The notes under the pieces were generated by a model that was given only the letters and a program-made list of their open reading frames with translations, was not told the DNA's origin and did not search any database. This document shows positions 1 through 11,305 of a DNA stretch of 64,000 nt, one piece after another; the first letter of the stretch is position 1; every line of letters starts with the position of its first letter. Source of the DNA: Podarcis filfolensis. Its lineage: Eukaryota. The stretch lies in the NCBI GenBank assembly GCA_964270895.1, contig OZ185444.1. One strand, written 5' to 3'. The position numbers and the translations under genes are program-made.

Positions 1-136
1 ACCAGTGTTTCGTTAGATAAGGCACATCATTCTATGGATGTCCTATTACCAAAATGTTAACATGTGAAGATCAAGTCTCAAACTTAAGAAAACTACACAG
101 GTTCTCTATGTAGCTGAAAAGAAACAGTAAACTTAC

Positions 137-293
137 TTTTCCTCTTTGACTGTCCTGAAGCTGGTGAAGACTGAGTACCTGGAGTACTAGGTCTTTCCTC
201 CTCTTCCTTCACTTCTTGCTTCACTTCTGGTTTTTTCTCTTCTTGCTCTGTTGATTCAGATTTGCATTCCTCAGACATGGATTCTACCTTAAC
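137..293 (-). CDS. EP300: EP300 exon 16 (157 nt), VKVESMSEECKSESTEQEEKKPEVKQEVKEEEERPSTPGTQSSPASGQSKRK; CRD1 region
   Basis: Acceptor ttccag|GTTAAG, donor GAAAA|gtaagt, phase 0 to 1; resembles the p300 segment just before the bromodomain. Confidence 0.95.
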
Positions 294-422
294 CTGGAAA
301 AGCAAGAAGACATTTATGAGCAAAAAGCAATTAATAATAATAACAACAATAATAACAAATGATCACACCTTCAAGAATAATAATGAAGAAAGCGGCTGGG
401 TGACACTGTATGTACTCCATTA

Positions 423-490
423 CAGTGGCGGCGAACCTATGGCACGCATGCCAGAGTGGGCACTCAGAGCCCTCTCTGATGGCACGTGCA
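423..490 (+). mobile_element. Left terminus of a hAT-like DNA transposon
   Basis: cagtggcggcgaacctatggcacgcatgccagagtgggcactcagagccctctctg resembles squamate hAT left ends; no right end found before the gap. Confidence 0.55.
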
Positions 491-1444
491 CCATAGCCCT
501 AGCAGGGCCGTTGCTAGGGGTTGGCAAAGGGACAGCCACTCCCCCCATGCCAATGCGGGTGGGAAACGCTCCCTAAGACGCGCACTGCCCTCAGCAGCAT
601 CAGGGAGAGTTGTGTGCCGGCCAACCAGCCCCACCCCCATGCTGCAATTTAAAACAGACAGGGCGCTGGGTAAGGAAGCATGGAAACAGTGGGTTGTGAT
701 GGTGTGGGTTTGGATCTGAAGCAGGTTTGGATTTTTATATTTTATTTTGGCCTGGAGCGACAGCTCAGCTAGCCATCGATAAACCGAAAGGTCTGTCTCT
801 TACTCTTGAGGACAAACAGCAGGCTCGGGCTGTGCTGCTGTTTTCAAGATCCATGATGCAGAGCAGGGTGGGGGTGGAGGAGCCTGCCCTCCGACGCCAG
901 GGAGGGGAGAGCTACGCTGGGCCACACTTGGGCAAAGCAAAACACACACACAGGAGAGGGGGCAGCTTTGCAATGTGCCACATCGGGATGCTTCTGCCTG
1001 GTTTTGCATAAGCCTGATTTCCCTGCCTTTCCCCCCTCCTTTTTTTGAACTCAGAAGGAGGTTGCTCTTTCGCCTGTGTTGGACAGCGCAGACCGGGTGG
1101 GGAAGAGGGAGAACCAGTGAGAGGGTGGGCGAGGCGCAGAAGGAGTGAATGTCATGAAGCGGGGCTGGAAGAAGTGAAGGGGTGGAGGCGAGCTGCTCCT
1201 TGAAGACACCTTCACAATAGGAGACCTTGCTGCCTGCATGCTGCGAAGCCAATGAGCCTCAGTTCTCCTTCCTGCCCACCCAAAGCCCAACCCAACAGAG
1301 CGACTCCAGCTTCCCTGGTGAATGGGTCGGTCAGCCAGCTCCGGGTTTTCCCGAGTTCCACGCTGAGTCCTCTGTCTGTGTCTGTCTGTCTGTCTGTTTC
1401 CTCTCTGCTTTTCTCTTGTTCTCCAATGCCCGGGAGAGAAGCGC

Positions 1445-1580
1445 NNNNNNNNNNNNNNNNNNNNNNNNNNNNNNNNNNNNNNNNNNNNNNNNNNNNNNNN
1501 NNNNNNNNNNNNNNNNNNNNNNNNNNNNNNNNNNNNNNNNNNNNNNNNNNNNNNNNNNNNNNNNNNNNNNNNNNNNNNNN
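1445..1580. other. Assembly gap (136 N)
   Basis: Run of N. Confidence 1.
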
Positions 1581-1790
1581 GCCAGAGCCGGGCTCAGGGC
1601 GGCTAACACCAATAAAACCACAGTAAAAACATAATAGGGGAAAAAGAGAGGGGGGGAAAAACAATTTAAAATACAGGTTAAAATAAAATTTTAAATGCAG
1701 CCTCATTTTAAAATAGCTGATAAATCAAGACAATAAGGGGAGGGAAACATAAGGGTCGGACCGAGTCCAAACCAAAGGCCAGGCAGAACA
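1581..1790 (-). mobile_element. L2-like LINE 3' end fragment, truncated by the gap
   Basis: Reverse complement reads ...ctgcctggcctttggt...ttttattggtgttagccgccctgagcc, similar to the gccgccc motif of other L2 3' ends in the window. Confidence 0.45.
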
Positions 1791-2540
1791 TGCAGGGAAA
1801 GTATCCCGAGAGTGCTTCACAACACACACAAGTGCTGTCAAATTAATAGTGCAGATGAATTTACAGCAAGGCCACTGGGATCAGCACTTCCAGAAAGCCA
1901 AATATTTCACCACCAGCATGAAAAGAAGCCACAGATAAATTATTGTTCTCTGCAGGTGTGGCTTGCGCTATAACCATAAAACAATTTTTCTAGTCTGGGT
2001 CTTCTGATGTCACAATGAGTTTTTGCACCAAAAAGAGTGTGTGTCAATGAGACATCAGGTGACCCCACCCACCTGTTAAAACGGACCACAGGATGGGGGT
2101 GGTTCAGAATTTGACCAGCTGGCCAGAAACTGTTCCCCACACAAGTGCTACTAATTAAACTGCTTGGTCATCATTTGAGAGAAAACTTCTAACCCCGCTT
2201 GTATCATGCATCAGAGACTACAGAGACAGGAGACCTGGATCAAAAAAACAAAACTGAAATGTTTTAAAAATTAGTGCATTGACTTTCCTAATCAGCAAGT
2301 CAGACTGGTATAGTAGATAAAGTACCAATTTGGGGAGACCTGGGCTAAAATCCATGACATTTACAGGGCGACGTTGAGCCACTTACTCTCTTTTCAGCCT
2401 AATCTACTTCATAGGGTTGAGTGGATATATTGGAGCCCCCCTTTCCCGTATCCCTCCTGTTCTTCTTGGAAGAAAAAGATCCAGATGTGATCAAATGAAT
2501 GAATTCCTAGGCATATCCAGTGTGCATGCCACACTCTCAC

Positions 2541-2732
2541 CTCTGGCTTCTCCTCCATTTGAAGATCTGTTTGTTCTGACTCCTCCTCTTCCATTTTAAT
2601 CTCCATTTTAATTTCAGGCAAAGGCTGCTGCTGCTGCTGTTCAGGAGCAGCCTGTTGAGAGTTCACATCTGCACTGTTGGTGGATGGTGGGTTTGATACT
2701 TGCCCATCAATGTTTGCACCTGGATGTGAAAG
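2541..2732 (-). CDS. EP300: EP300 exon 15 (192 nt), LSHPGANIDGQVSNPPSTNSADVNSQQAAPEQQQQQPLPEIKMEIKMEEEESEQTDLQMEEKPE
   Basis: Acceptor ttctgtag|CTTTCA, donor CCAGAG|gtgaga, phase 0-0; GQVSNPPST matches p300. Confidence 0.96.
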
Positions 2733-3206
2733 CTACAGAAAGCAACAAAACCAGTAAAGCTACATGTCAAGTAGTGCTACACAGTTTTGCAGCAATTGTA
2801 TTCTTTGCTTTATTTTGTGCTTCTAAGCTAGATGGTATCTCGAGCAACTTATGCCACGTGCATCTCAATAACAAGAGGCGCTACACAAAAAAACCCCAAA
2901 TTCTTAATACTAGCCTACCACGGAATTATGTCTAGCTATACCGCTTTCTGCACCTTCCTCCCCAGAAATCACACACACGTATTTTTATCAGACATCTGTA
3001 GCTGAATTAGTTCTTTGAAACTCTGCTATACAAAAGACAGCATGCATTCCAAAGTCCAGCATACTGTTCTATACCTTCATGCAATGCATGCTATTGAGAC
3101 AGCAGAAACCATTTAGCCTTTGATACTGTATATAACAACCTAAAAAGATTTTGCCCAAGGTTGGACTTTCACTCTTAATAGCCCTAGAAAACTTAAACTT
3201 CCTTAC

Positions 3207-3674
3207 GGGTGTTGTAGGATGCTGAGGCTGCAGTGCTGCTGTAGGGGTGGGCACAGATGCAGTCGTGCTCTGTTGTGAAAGAGGTTGCTGTGGCAGCTGC
3301 TGCTCTGCAGAAGGGGTAACAGAAACTGGAGGCTGCACTTGCGGAGTCAGCTGAGCCTGGGGAGGTGTTGGGGTCTGCCTCTGTGGGGGGTGCATAGTTT
3401 GTGACGGTGGTCCAGGTGGCATCGCTTGAGGAACAGTGGCAGGAGCAGACGCAATTGTTGCCTGTGGTGGTGCTGGTTGCTGCTGCTGCTGCTGCTGCTG
3501 GGATACCAGTCCTGGGGGTGTATGGTGAGGTGTGGGAGTACGACTTGGTACTGGAGAAGGAGAGTTTCGATGTAAAGTAGACTGTGGAATAGGAGGGCAA
3601 TGAATATGACTCCCTTGAGAACCTGGCGCCACTACTGGAGAAGTCACAGGACAGGAAGAGCTGGTCATTTGTGC
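3207..3674 (-). CDS. EP300: EP300 exon 14 (468 nt), Pro/Gln-rich, AQMTSSSCPVTSP...PQHPTTP
   Basis: Acceptor ttcaacag|GCACAA, donor ACACCC|gtaagg; GSQGSHIHCP and SPSPVPSRTPTPHHTPP match p300. Confidence 0.97.
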
Positions 3675-4135
3675 CTGTTGAAAAAAAGAATTGTCAGTAT
3701 CTGAATAAACTATGTTCGGTATCAACAACTGAAAGTCCCAGGGGCAGATCTAGTCTCCATCAGCTCCTGCTCCCTCAGTTTGGAACACAAAGGAGAAAAG
3801 GATGTGGAGGGAGTGGTGTGACTTGCAGGCAGCTCACATCGGAGAATGGATGGAGCTTTGGCCCATCCTCCTCCTTCTCCCACTCAGTGGCACTCCTGTA
3901 GAACTACTTGCCAACCAATGAGAATGTGAGTAAAATGGAAGGCAGTGCACAGAGAACTTAAGGATAAGTACTAAGTACGCTTGCCTGAAAGATGGTCCTC
4001 ACTAGATAATCAGTAGTGCCAGTAACTGGCTTGAATTAATAATTTTGCTCCCTTTTTATCATTCATCCAGGTCTACCACGCACACAAACAAATCCACATC
4101 CAAAGAGCCTGCCAACAGAACTTCTCTCAACATAC

Positions 4136-4288
4136 TTGAGACGTGGGAGTCTGATTGCCAGGTTGAGTCATAGGCGTGCTTGTTGGATTCATTCCAGGAG
4201 ACAATGTAGGATATTGGGTCTGCTGAAGGAACTGACTTTGATTGGAAGGTTGTGACACCCCTTGTTGCATACGTGGGGAAAATCCCAT
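4136..4288 (-). CDS. EP300: EP300 exon 13 (153 nt), MGFSPRMQQGVSQPSNQSQFLQQTQYP...QTPTSQ
   Basis: Acceptor ttgttacag|ATGGGA, donor TCTCAA|gtatgt, phase 0-0; PRMQQ and PSNQ match p300. Confidence 0.94.
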
Positions 4289-4747
4289 CTGTAACAAAGT
4301 ATTTATTATGAATGAATAAAACATTGTATCAAGCTAATAGTCAATGTTAAGAATGACATAGTACTTCGAGACATTAACATAGCAAATTTATTGATACCCT
4401 CTTATCAGATAAGTTGCCAGGGACTATCATGGCCAGAGACTTAAATGGTACTGCCTCTGGATTCTCAGCCCAGTAGCCCAATAAAATTCATTATTTGAAG
4501 CATGTTGCAGGTCTAACTTAGTTAACATAACTGGTTAAAATATGAACAGTACTCCCTATTTAGAGAGTGGACTACCAACACATTTAAATACATAGGGTGG
4601 TATTCAAGGTAGATCCACCAAAATTAATAAACATGACCAAGTTAGATCTCTTAATTTCAACAGGTCTACTCTGAGCAGGACTTGAGTCAAACATCACCTA
4701 TATAGTTTGGGCACAGCAGCCAACAATGGAAAGCAAAGTCAACCAAC

Positions 4748-4857
4748 CTGGTTCATGGTCCCCGTCTGGCTTAGCTGTCCAGGGTGCTGAAGGGGAGGAG
4801 TTTGCCGGGGTCCAACTGACTGCATTTGCATGGTCATCTGGCCAAACTGATTCATTC
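4748..4857 (-). CDS. EP300: EP300 exon 12 (110 nt), (G)MNQFGQMTMQMQSVGPRQTPPLQHPGQLSQTGTMNQ
   Basis: Absent from the ORF track, read by hand. Acceptor cttccag|GAATGA, donor AACCAG|gttggt, phase 1 to 0; NQFGQM and PRQTPPLQH match p300. Confidence 0.95.
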
Positions 4858-5774
4858 CTGGAAGTTTACATGTTTAAACAAGATTGGTGAGTTCATCAGA
4901 ATATTTATACTATGCCACACAAAAAGTTAAATTTGTAAGAATCAGAGAAGGATGGGAATCTTTTAAATAGGCAAGAAAGAAGGAGGAAGATGTCAGGGAC
5001 AAACCAGTATCAGGACTGTGTGCAAGAGAATAAGGAGACACAAGGGAGTGTGAAGCTTGAAGTTAAAATGAATAGAGACAGGAAGCAACGGCAAATAGGA
5101 ACTTTATCATGGCACTGGAAAGAGACACTTACAGCACAGACATCCTGAAACAAATCAAGAGAGGAAAATGTACCAGAAATGCAGAAAAATTAAGAAAACA
5201 CAGCTTGGGGAAAATGATTACATATGGACATGGCCTGTTGCAATAAAAAGAAAAGGGTGGCTCTTAGAGACACTGTAAAGTATGTGGAAAGATTTTGGCA
5301 ACTGACATTGCTGCTGCTGTGTCCTGCCATTCCACTGCCATGTCCTGCCCAGTGATGCTGTCGGCCTCTCACATCTGGACATACTGACCCAACATGTGCC
5401 AGCACTTTGGAATCTATGCCAACTCAGTGCTCAGCTCTGATCTGCTTGTGGTGGCTTGACATTTTAGAATGATGTTGGACACTGCATGATGGGCAATGTC
5501 AAGCATTGACATTGGGGCAATTTACATTGGCAGGCAGCTGCTAAGCACTAGCTCAGCACCCATTCCAAAGCATGCCATGCAGGAAACATATCTGGAGGAA
5601 GGTGAATAACTGATGGTGGTGGCATGCTGTGGCAGCACCGAAGTGGGAGCCGAATAGGGTGGAAGCACTGTCAGGTAGGGGACCATGCTGGAGCTGGCAT
5701 GGGAAGTGGTAGAGACAATGAAAAGTCCCTACTATAGTGCCAAGTTGTTCAGCTCTCTTTTTCTGAACTCTTAC

Positions 5775-5852
5775 CTGATGGTGTCTGCATTCGATTCACC
5801 ATCTGGTTTGGCACATTGGCACGAATCATAGATGGATCGGGAAGAGGACCGT
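5775..5852 (-). CDS. EP300: EP300 exon 11 (78 nt), (N)GPLPDPSMIRANVPNQMVNRMQTPS(G)
   Basis: Read by hand. Acceptor cattacag|ACGGTC, donor CATCAG|gtaaga, symmetric phase 1-1. Confidence 0.96.
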
Positions 5853-6609
5853 CTGTAATGTAGTTGAACACCAAAATTAAAGAATTCAGACATTTTCATT
5901 TTAAAAAAAGTCAGTTTAGGGTAAGGGGAACTTTAATTCTTAAATTCTTGGACATATTTCAGCATTTGGGGAATATTAACTTTTACATCTAGGATGTTAA
6001 AAACCTAACAGCAGCACTATCTTTATAAAATTCAGCAGCTGATCAACCAAGTTCTATTTTCAAGAACCAAATGTATCTTTAGAAATGAAATGCCAGGATG
6101 AAGGGCATTATTCTGAAGGTACTTTCAACAGAATGTGAAAGCATGCACAGTTCTCCAAGCATCCTCCCTGAAATTGACGATTATGTATCACAAGCAGAAC
6201 AAAGGAAACCTTAAACAGAACTATATATAACTGAAGAGAGATTAAAGGGTGTAATGTCAATTGTGTAGAACTATTCGTTTTAATGATCAAATGATTGCAA
6301 TTATACAGATATATCAGAATGCTGATAATGAGTTAGCCGTTTTCACACATGCTTGTCCCAATGCCTCCTTTCACACAGACACAACTACTTTGCCATGTTT
6401 TCACACTATGCACTTCTGGGCTCTGAACAAATCACACAACTATATGGGGTGAAGGCTCATATGGGTTATTCCCTCTGTACCCAGCTGGAGGATGACTGTC
6501 ACCCCTGTAATTCTTGAGTGCCCAAGAATCAAATAGATTCAAATGTCTATTGTTGTTGTTAAATTCATTGTTATTGTTAAATCAAACTTTGTAAGGGTAC
6601 AACACTTAC

Positions 6610-6781
6610 TTGCTGTCATCACGGGTTGTGGCTGCCCCATGGGCCCCTGACTGATAGGAGCTGGTGGCATGACTGGGGCATTTGGTATCATATTCTGCCT
6701 TTGTAGCCTGGTCCTCCTCTTTTCCTCCAGTTCCTTCTGGATCTTATAAATTTTCTCTGCTAATAAGTGGTAGTACTCTGC
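6610..6781 (-). CDS. EP300: EP300 exon 10 (172 nt), KIX helix 3, AEYYHLLAEKIYKIQKELEEKRRTRLQ...
   Basis: Canonical KIX sequence; acceptor ttgcag|GCAGAG, donor ACAGCAA|gtaagt. Confidence 0.98.
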
Positions 6782-8336
6782 CTGCAATGAGAAAAGTATA
6801 TGAGATGCATACATAAGGAAAGCTTACAATATGCATATTTCCAGTCCACCCGAGACTGAAGGAATCCTCCAGCTACACCATATTAAGTTGTAATCTTTTT
6901 TTCCTGCACAGAAAATAGTGGCCACATTCTCATTAGAATTTCATTTTAATCCATACTAGTAAAATGCTGATCCTTGTGATGGATGGTATACACACATAGA
7001 AGGTTGCCCTTCATACTGTACTGACCTAGAAAGGGGGAGTGGGGAGAATGTGACTGGGGTCCCCATCAGTAGAGGCCAGGATACTTTGAAGTATCAGGGA
7101 GTGGTCTTGCACATGTAAGCCCAGGAAATCAAGATTCAGTGCCTTACTTCCTATGGCAAAACTGTTCAATTTACACTTCAAGTCTGGCAGATTGTGTTCC
7201 GTAATTCAAGGGCATCATCTAGGCTGCAGTTCTAGGTTGCCTGAGCATTCAGTCAGCTGACCACAAGTACAAGTATCTAGTCAGCAGGCCCTATAAAATA
7301 CTAGCCTCAAAAGTTTACTCCTTATTCCAAGTAACTCATCACTGGAATGAGCCTACACCAGAATGATATTTTGCTAATATTCTTTGTTTGTAGCTTTGGA
7401 ACTCAGCCTCTGCCTCCTGCTTCAACTGACAGACAGCACTCTACTAGGTCCCAGAATACAAGGTCTCAGAGTCTGTCCTTTGCATGCAAATACCCAGTGT
7501 CTGGCATGGTGGGCAGGTTTGGCCATAAGGCAACATTGTCCCAACTGCAGCACTTCATTACTGGAGTAAATGGACAAAAGCAAAGGAGTATAACCAGGAG
7601 AACTACTGAAATGGGGGCTAGTTTCTTGGTCAGAGCAGGTTTCATTCCTCACATTTGCTAAATACTATCCTATTTATATGAGGTATAGCAGGAACTGCTC
7701 AGAACCAGGGCTTTGTCACCCCAATCTGGCTTCTGTTTCTTGGTGAAAATAGCAGCAGTGGGGAACCTCTGGCCCACAGTCCAAACCAGAGTTTCATATT
7801 TGGCCTGCAAAGCAGTTTTCCCCAAAGTATGTCATATATGACATCAGGTGTGGGGTAGGTAGAGATGCAGCTGTCAATGCAGCTGTTGATACACAACTCT
7901 GAGCCTGAAAGGGTGCCACTGACTGTGTCCTGGCAGGGAAAGCAGACTTTGCCTCTACAAAGCTAAAGCTTCAAACACTTTAAAGCACTGTGCAGGGCTC
8001 TTTGCAATGATGCCATTCTGACATCCAGTGATTGACAGGAATCTAGAAACAAAGCTAGCATCTACTAGGGATCTGGCTTGCAAAGCCTAAAATGTTTCCT
8101 ACTCCTAAAATAGAATATGTTTGAATCCTTGGAACTTGCTTCAGAGAAAATTGGAATTTGCTACAAATGATGATTCATTAGTATTACTGAAGCATTCCTT
8201 CCAAATACTTATTATATATACATACAATGGAAAAGAACATGACTGGCTTTTGATCAACGTAATTATAGAAATGACAAAAAGACAAATTAATTTATAAATT
8301 AATACTTTGATACCAGAAAATTACAAAATAACTTAC

Positions 8337-8454
8337 CCTGCTATTTGCTGATTCATACATGTCCCCTTCTACTTTCCGAGCATAGGAAACAAGATTTGCC
8401 ATGCGCCTATCTTTTAGTGCTGCAGGGTCAGGAGTTGGAAATATGGCTTGTACT
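8337..8454 (-). CDS. EP300: EP300 exon 9 (118 nt), KIX helix 2, [39 protein letters not shown]
   Basis: KIX sequence; acceptor ttgcag|AGTACA, donor AGCAGG|gtaagt, phase 2 to 0. Confidence 0.98.
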
Positions 8455-9351
8455 CTGCAAGAATATAGAGGGAAACCTTGAACCAACTATTTGTCTCCTG
8501 AACTTCTGGATCCAAAAATCTAATGCCCACAGGTAGAGTTTATGTTATTCTTAATTTTTGTCAACTTCTGGTAAAAGCCAAGAACAATCATAGCTGGGAA
8601 TTCTGTAGCTGTACTGGACCAAGAGGTACAAATTGTCTAATTCAACTCACTGAAAACTTGCAACATCCAGATAACATAAGATGCCTTAAGTAGGAATAGG
8701 TGTTCAGTACAAATATGAAATTAGCTGTTGTGATGCTAGCTCACAGGCAGAACAAATTCTGGAATAAGAAATTGAAGAGAATCCAGCAGAGTATACAGCA
8801 GGAAGAAAGAGAAAGTCATGATAACCGTTTCTCAGGCAAAACAAGCTTTTATAGCCTTGTTATTTCAGGGAATGCGACTGATCCAGTAGAATCACCCTAC
8901 AGCCTCAGAGGAAATGATAGGCTTCTGAACCTTTCAATCTGTAACATGAAGTGCCTTACCACAAGGGGCAGCAGAGTATAGATCCAAAAGTTCTCAGTTC
9001 TAGGTCCAGGGGTTCCTAACAAAAGGGTACTTTCCACTCATACACTCTTTGAATATGATGTCTGAATAAGAACCAAAGTTTGCCACACTGAAACATCTAT
9101 TGTCTCAATAAAACATGTCTTGACTGGGCCAGAAGACAGACAACAAAACCAGTCTTCATCCAAATCTGTGCAATATGTGAATTATGATTAAGAACTGTCC
9201 ATTACTCAACAGTGTGCGGTCCGATGAGCGACACTGTTACCTACAGCGCTACTAAACAAGCCCCTGAAGCATGCTAGCAAACACGGCCTGGGCTTTTTCT
9301 TTTCAATTCAATTGTTTTTCCCCATCATGAAGAAATGGCAATGGTCTAGAT

Positions 9352-9487
9352 CAGGCATAGGCAAACTCGGCCCTCCAGATGTTTTGGGACTACAATTCCC
9401 ACCATCCCTGACCACTGGTCCTGTTAGCTAGGGGTGATGGGAGTTGTAGTCCCAAAACATCTGGAGGGCTGAGTTTGCCTATGCCTG
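9352..9487. mobile_element. hAT (Charlie-type) palindromic MITE, 136 bp
   Basis: Near-perfect fold-back caggcataggcaaactc...gagtttgcctatgcctg with an exact 8-bp TSD gtctagat (9344-9351, 9488-9495). Confidence 0.9.
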
Positions 9488-9957
9488 GTCTAGATTACAT
9501 GGACTACTTATTACATTCCCCTTAATCCATGTGTAGGCATAAAGTAGATCTCTGGATGATTTGCTGAAGATCCACAATGGTTTGACTCCAAATAGTTTAT
9601 CAGTAGCAAAATGGGCTACTCAAAAGAAAACTTGGGGGGGCAGGGAGTGGGTTAACAGGAACTGATTTTTCTGTGAAAGGGTTGTCAGCTAATTTTTGGC
9701 ACTAAAATTGTGATTAGCCTGATAATGTGTTCAGCCTCAAGAGATTCTGAATTTTAAGTATACCCACCCAATAGTTCCTCTAGCTCTTGCTGGCAGAACT
9801 TAAGGTTCTTGGGGGTTTTTTTTTGGGGGGGGGGGGTTTAAAGCCTGAAGTCTCCCCCAGCTTATTGCACTCCAATTAGCTGATGCATAAGAGCCTGAGT
9901 GGAACAGTGCTAAGGAAAATGCATATAGCCTGGAGAGGTAAATTCAAATTCTCACTA

Positions 9958-10300
9958 ACCTGGTGTGTATCACATTGAACCATAGTTTAAAACAAATTAT
10001 AATTTAATGTGAAAGAGAAACATGCTGCTCGAAAGTTCTCATGGCACTCCTTCCACACACACTCATGTTACACTGTGGACAAAATAAGCCAGAGCGACCT
10101 GGCTTGTCAGCCAAACCCGAGCCTGTGGATCATTTTGTCCAAACAGACTATGGACTGAAACCAAGGTTTGTTCCAGACAAGCTAGAGTCTGATTTGCTTC
10201 ATCTTTAGCACAGCAGAAGCAACATGAAAGTTTTGAGCAGTGTGCATCAGCATATTAAAGCACTGTTTAACTATGGCTTAATGTGACATGCAAACTAGGC
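9958..10300. mobile_element. Old degenerate MITE-like element
   Basis: Imperfect inverted ends: tcacattgaaccatagttt near 9970 and aactatggcttaatgtga near 10270. Confidence 0.35.
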
Positions 10301-11167
10301 CACTGTCATTGTTGTAACTGAGATGGATAGAGGACAATACACCAAGTATGCTACCTTGGAGGAAAACAGCGATGTTAAATAAAAATCTTCCAAATAAATC
10401 TATCACAATGAGTCTGTCTCCTGGTCGAAACCAGTAATAATTTCTTCTTCCTTATTGAGTCAGTATAGAAAAATGTTCTGGGCATGTTCAAGATCATCTC
10501 TCTTTGGTTTATTGGAAGTCATTTCAATTCCCCTATGGATGCCTTGGGAGGGGGGAAGTTTATGTGGCAAAGGTTCTAAGCACCAAAAAATGGCTCGTAA
10601 CCTGGGATAATTTATTTGGGCAGAGTTACAATGCTGTGTGTTTGTTCACCCATCACATCATGCACAGAATTGCCATTTAGCCCTGGAAATGACTTGTGTC
10701 TTCAGGAGCAGGGTGTGGAAACAATTACTGAGAAATTAAACTCTAATGACAAAAAAAGCTAGCTCAAGACAACATGGATGACATGCTAGAACCAGATCAC
10801 ACCACTTGGCCCCCACTGGCTGTTTCCTCTGAATTCCAACTACAACACCCTTTTAGGCATTTGGTTCAATGTAGAGATTCCAAATGAGCTAGGCAGCAAA
10901 TTGGAAGTATTGCCATCTTTGGTCATAAGGCTGATTTTCTCCTTTCATTAATAACTCTGTCTGATCTTTAGACTCCTGCTCAGTCTCCCACAACTCCCAT
11001 ACAAGAGATACCAGTAACTGTAAAGTTAACGAGGTAAGAAAGTGAATAGTTACACCCATCACCTATGGAAGGAATGCAGCAGATACATTTAGAAGGTTTG
11101 AGTACTTTTATTGCACCATTTCAATTATTTCATCTAGAAGTTTGAAGATTTGGTGATCAATACTTAC

Positions 11168-11305
11168 AGTTTATGAACAAGGTGATTTCTGAGGTCCTGA
11201 GTAATATCTTCATGCCATGGTTTCCGAATTCCAATGCCAGAAGGATGTGTTGCTGTTGGCATGGCTCCCAAACTGGCAACATTGGCATTTTCATTCATCA
11301 TGGTA
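11168..11305 (-). CDS. EP300: EP300 exon 8 (138 nt), start of KIX, TMMNENANVASLGAMPTATHPSGIGIRKPWHEDITQDLRNHLVHK(L)
   Basis: Acceptor ctttatag|TACCAT, donor TAAACT|gtaagt, phase 2-2. Confidence 0.98.

Noticed and set aside
1212-1706. ORFs spanning the first N gap (and those at 57701-58131)
   Set aside because: Artefacts of translating N runs without stops.
5670-5684. GPLPD match in intron 11 as a duplicated exon 11
   Set aside because: Only five codons match, similarity ends at once, and the nearby AG is out of phase for that frame.
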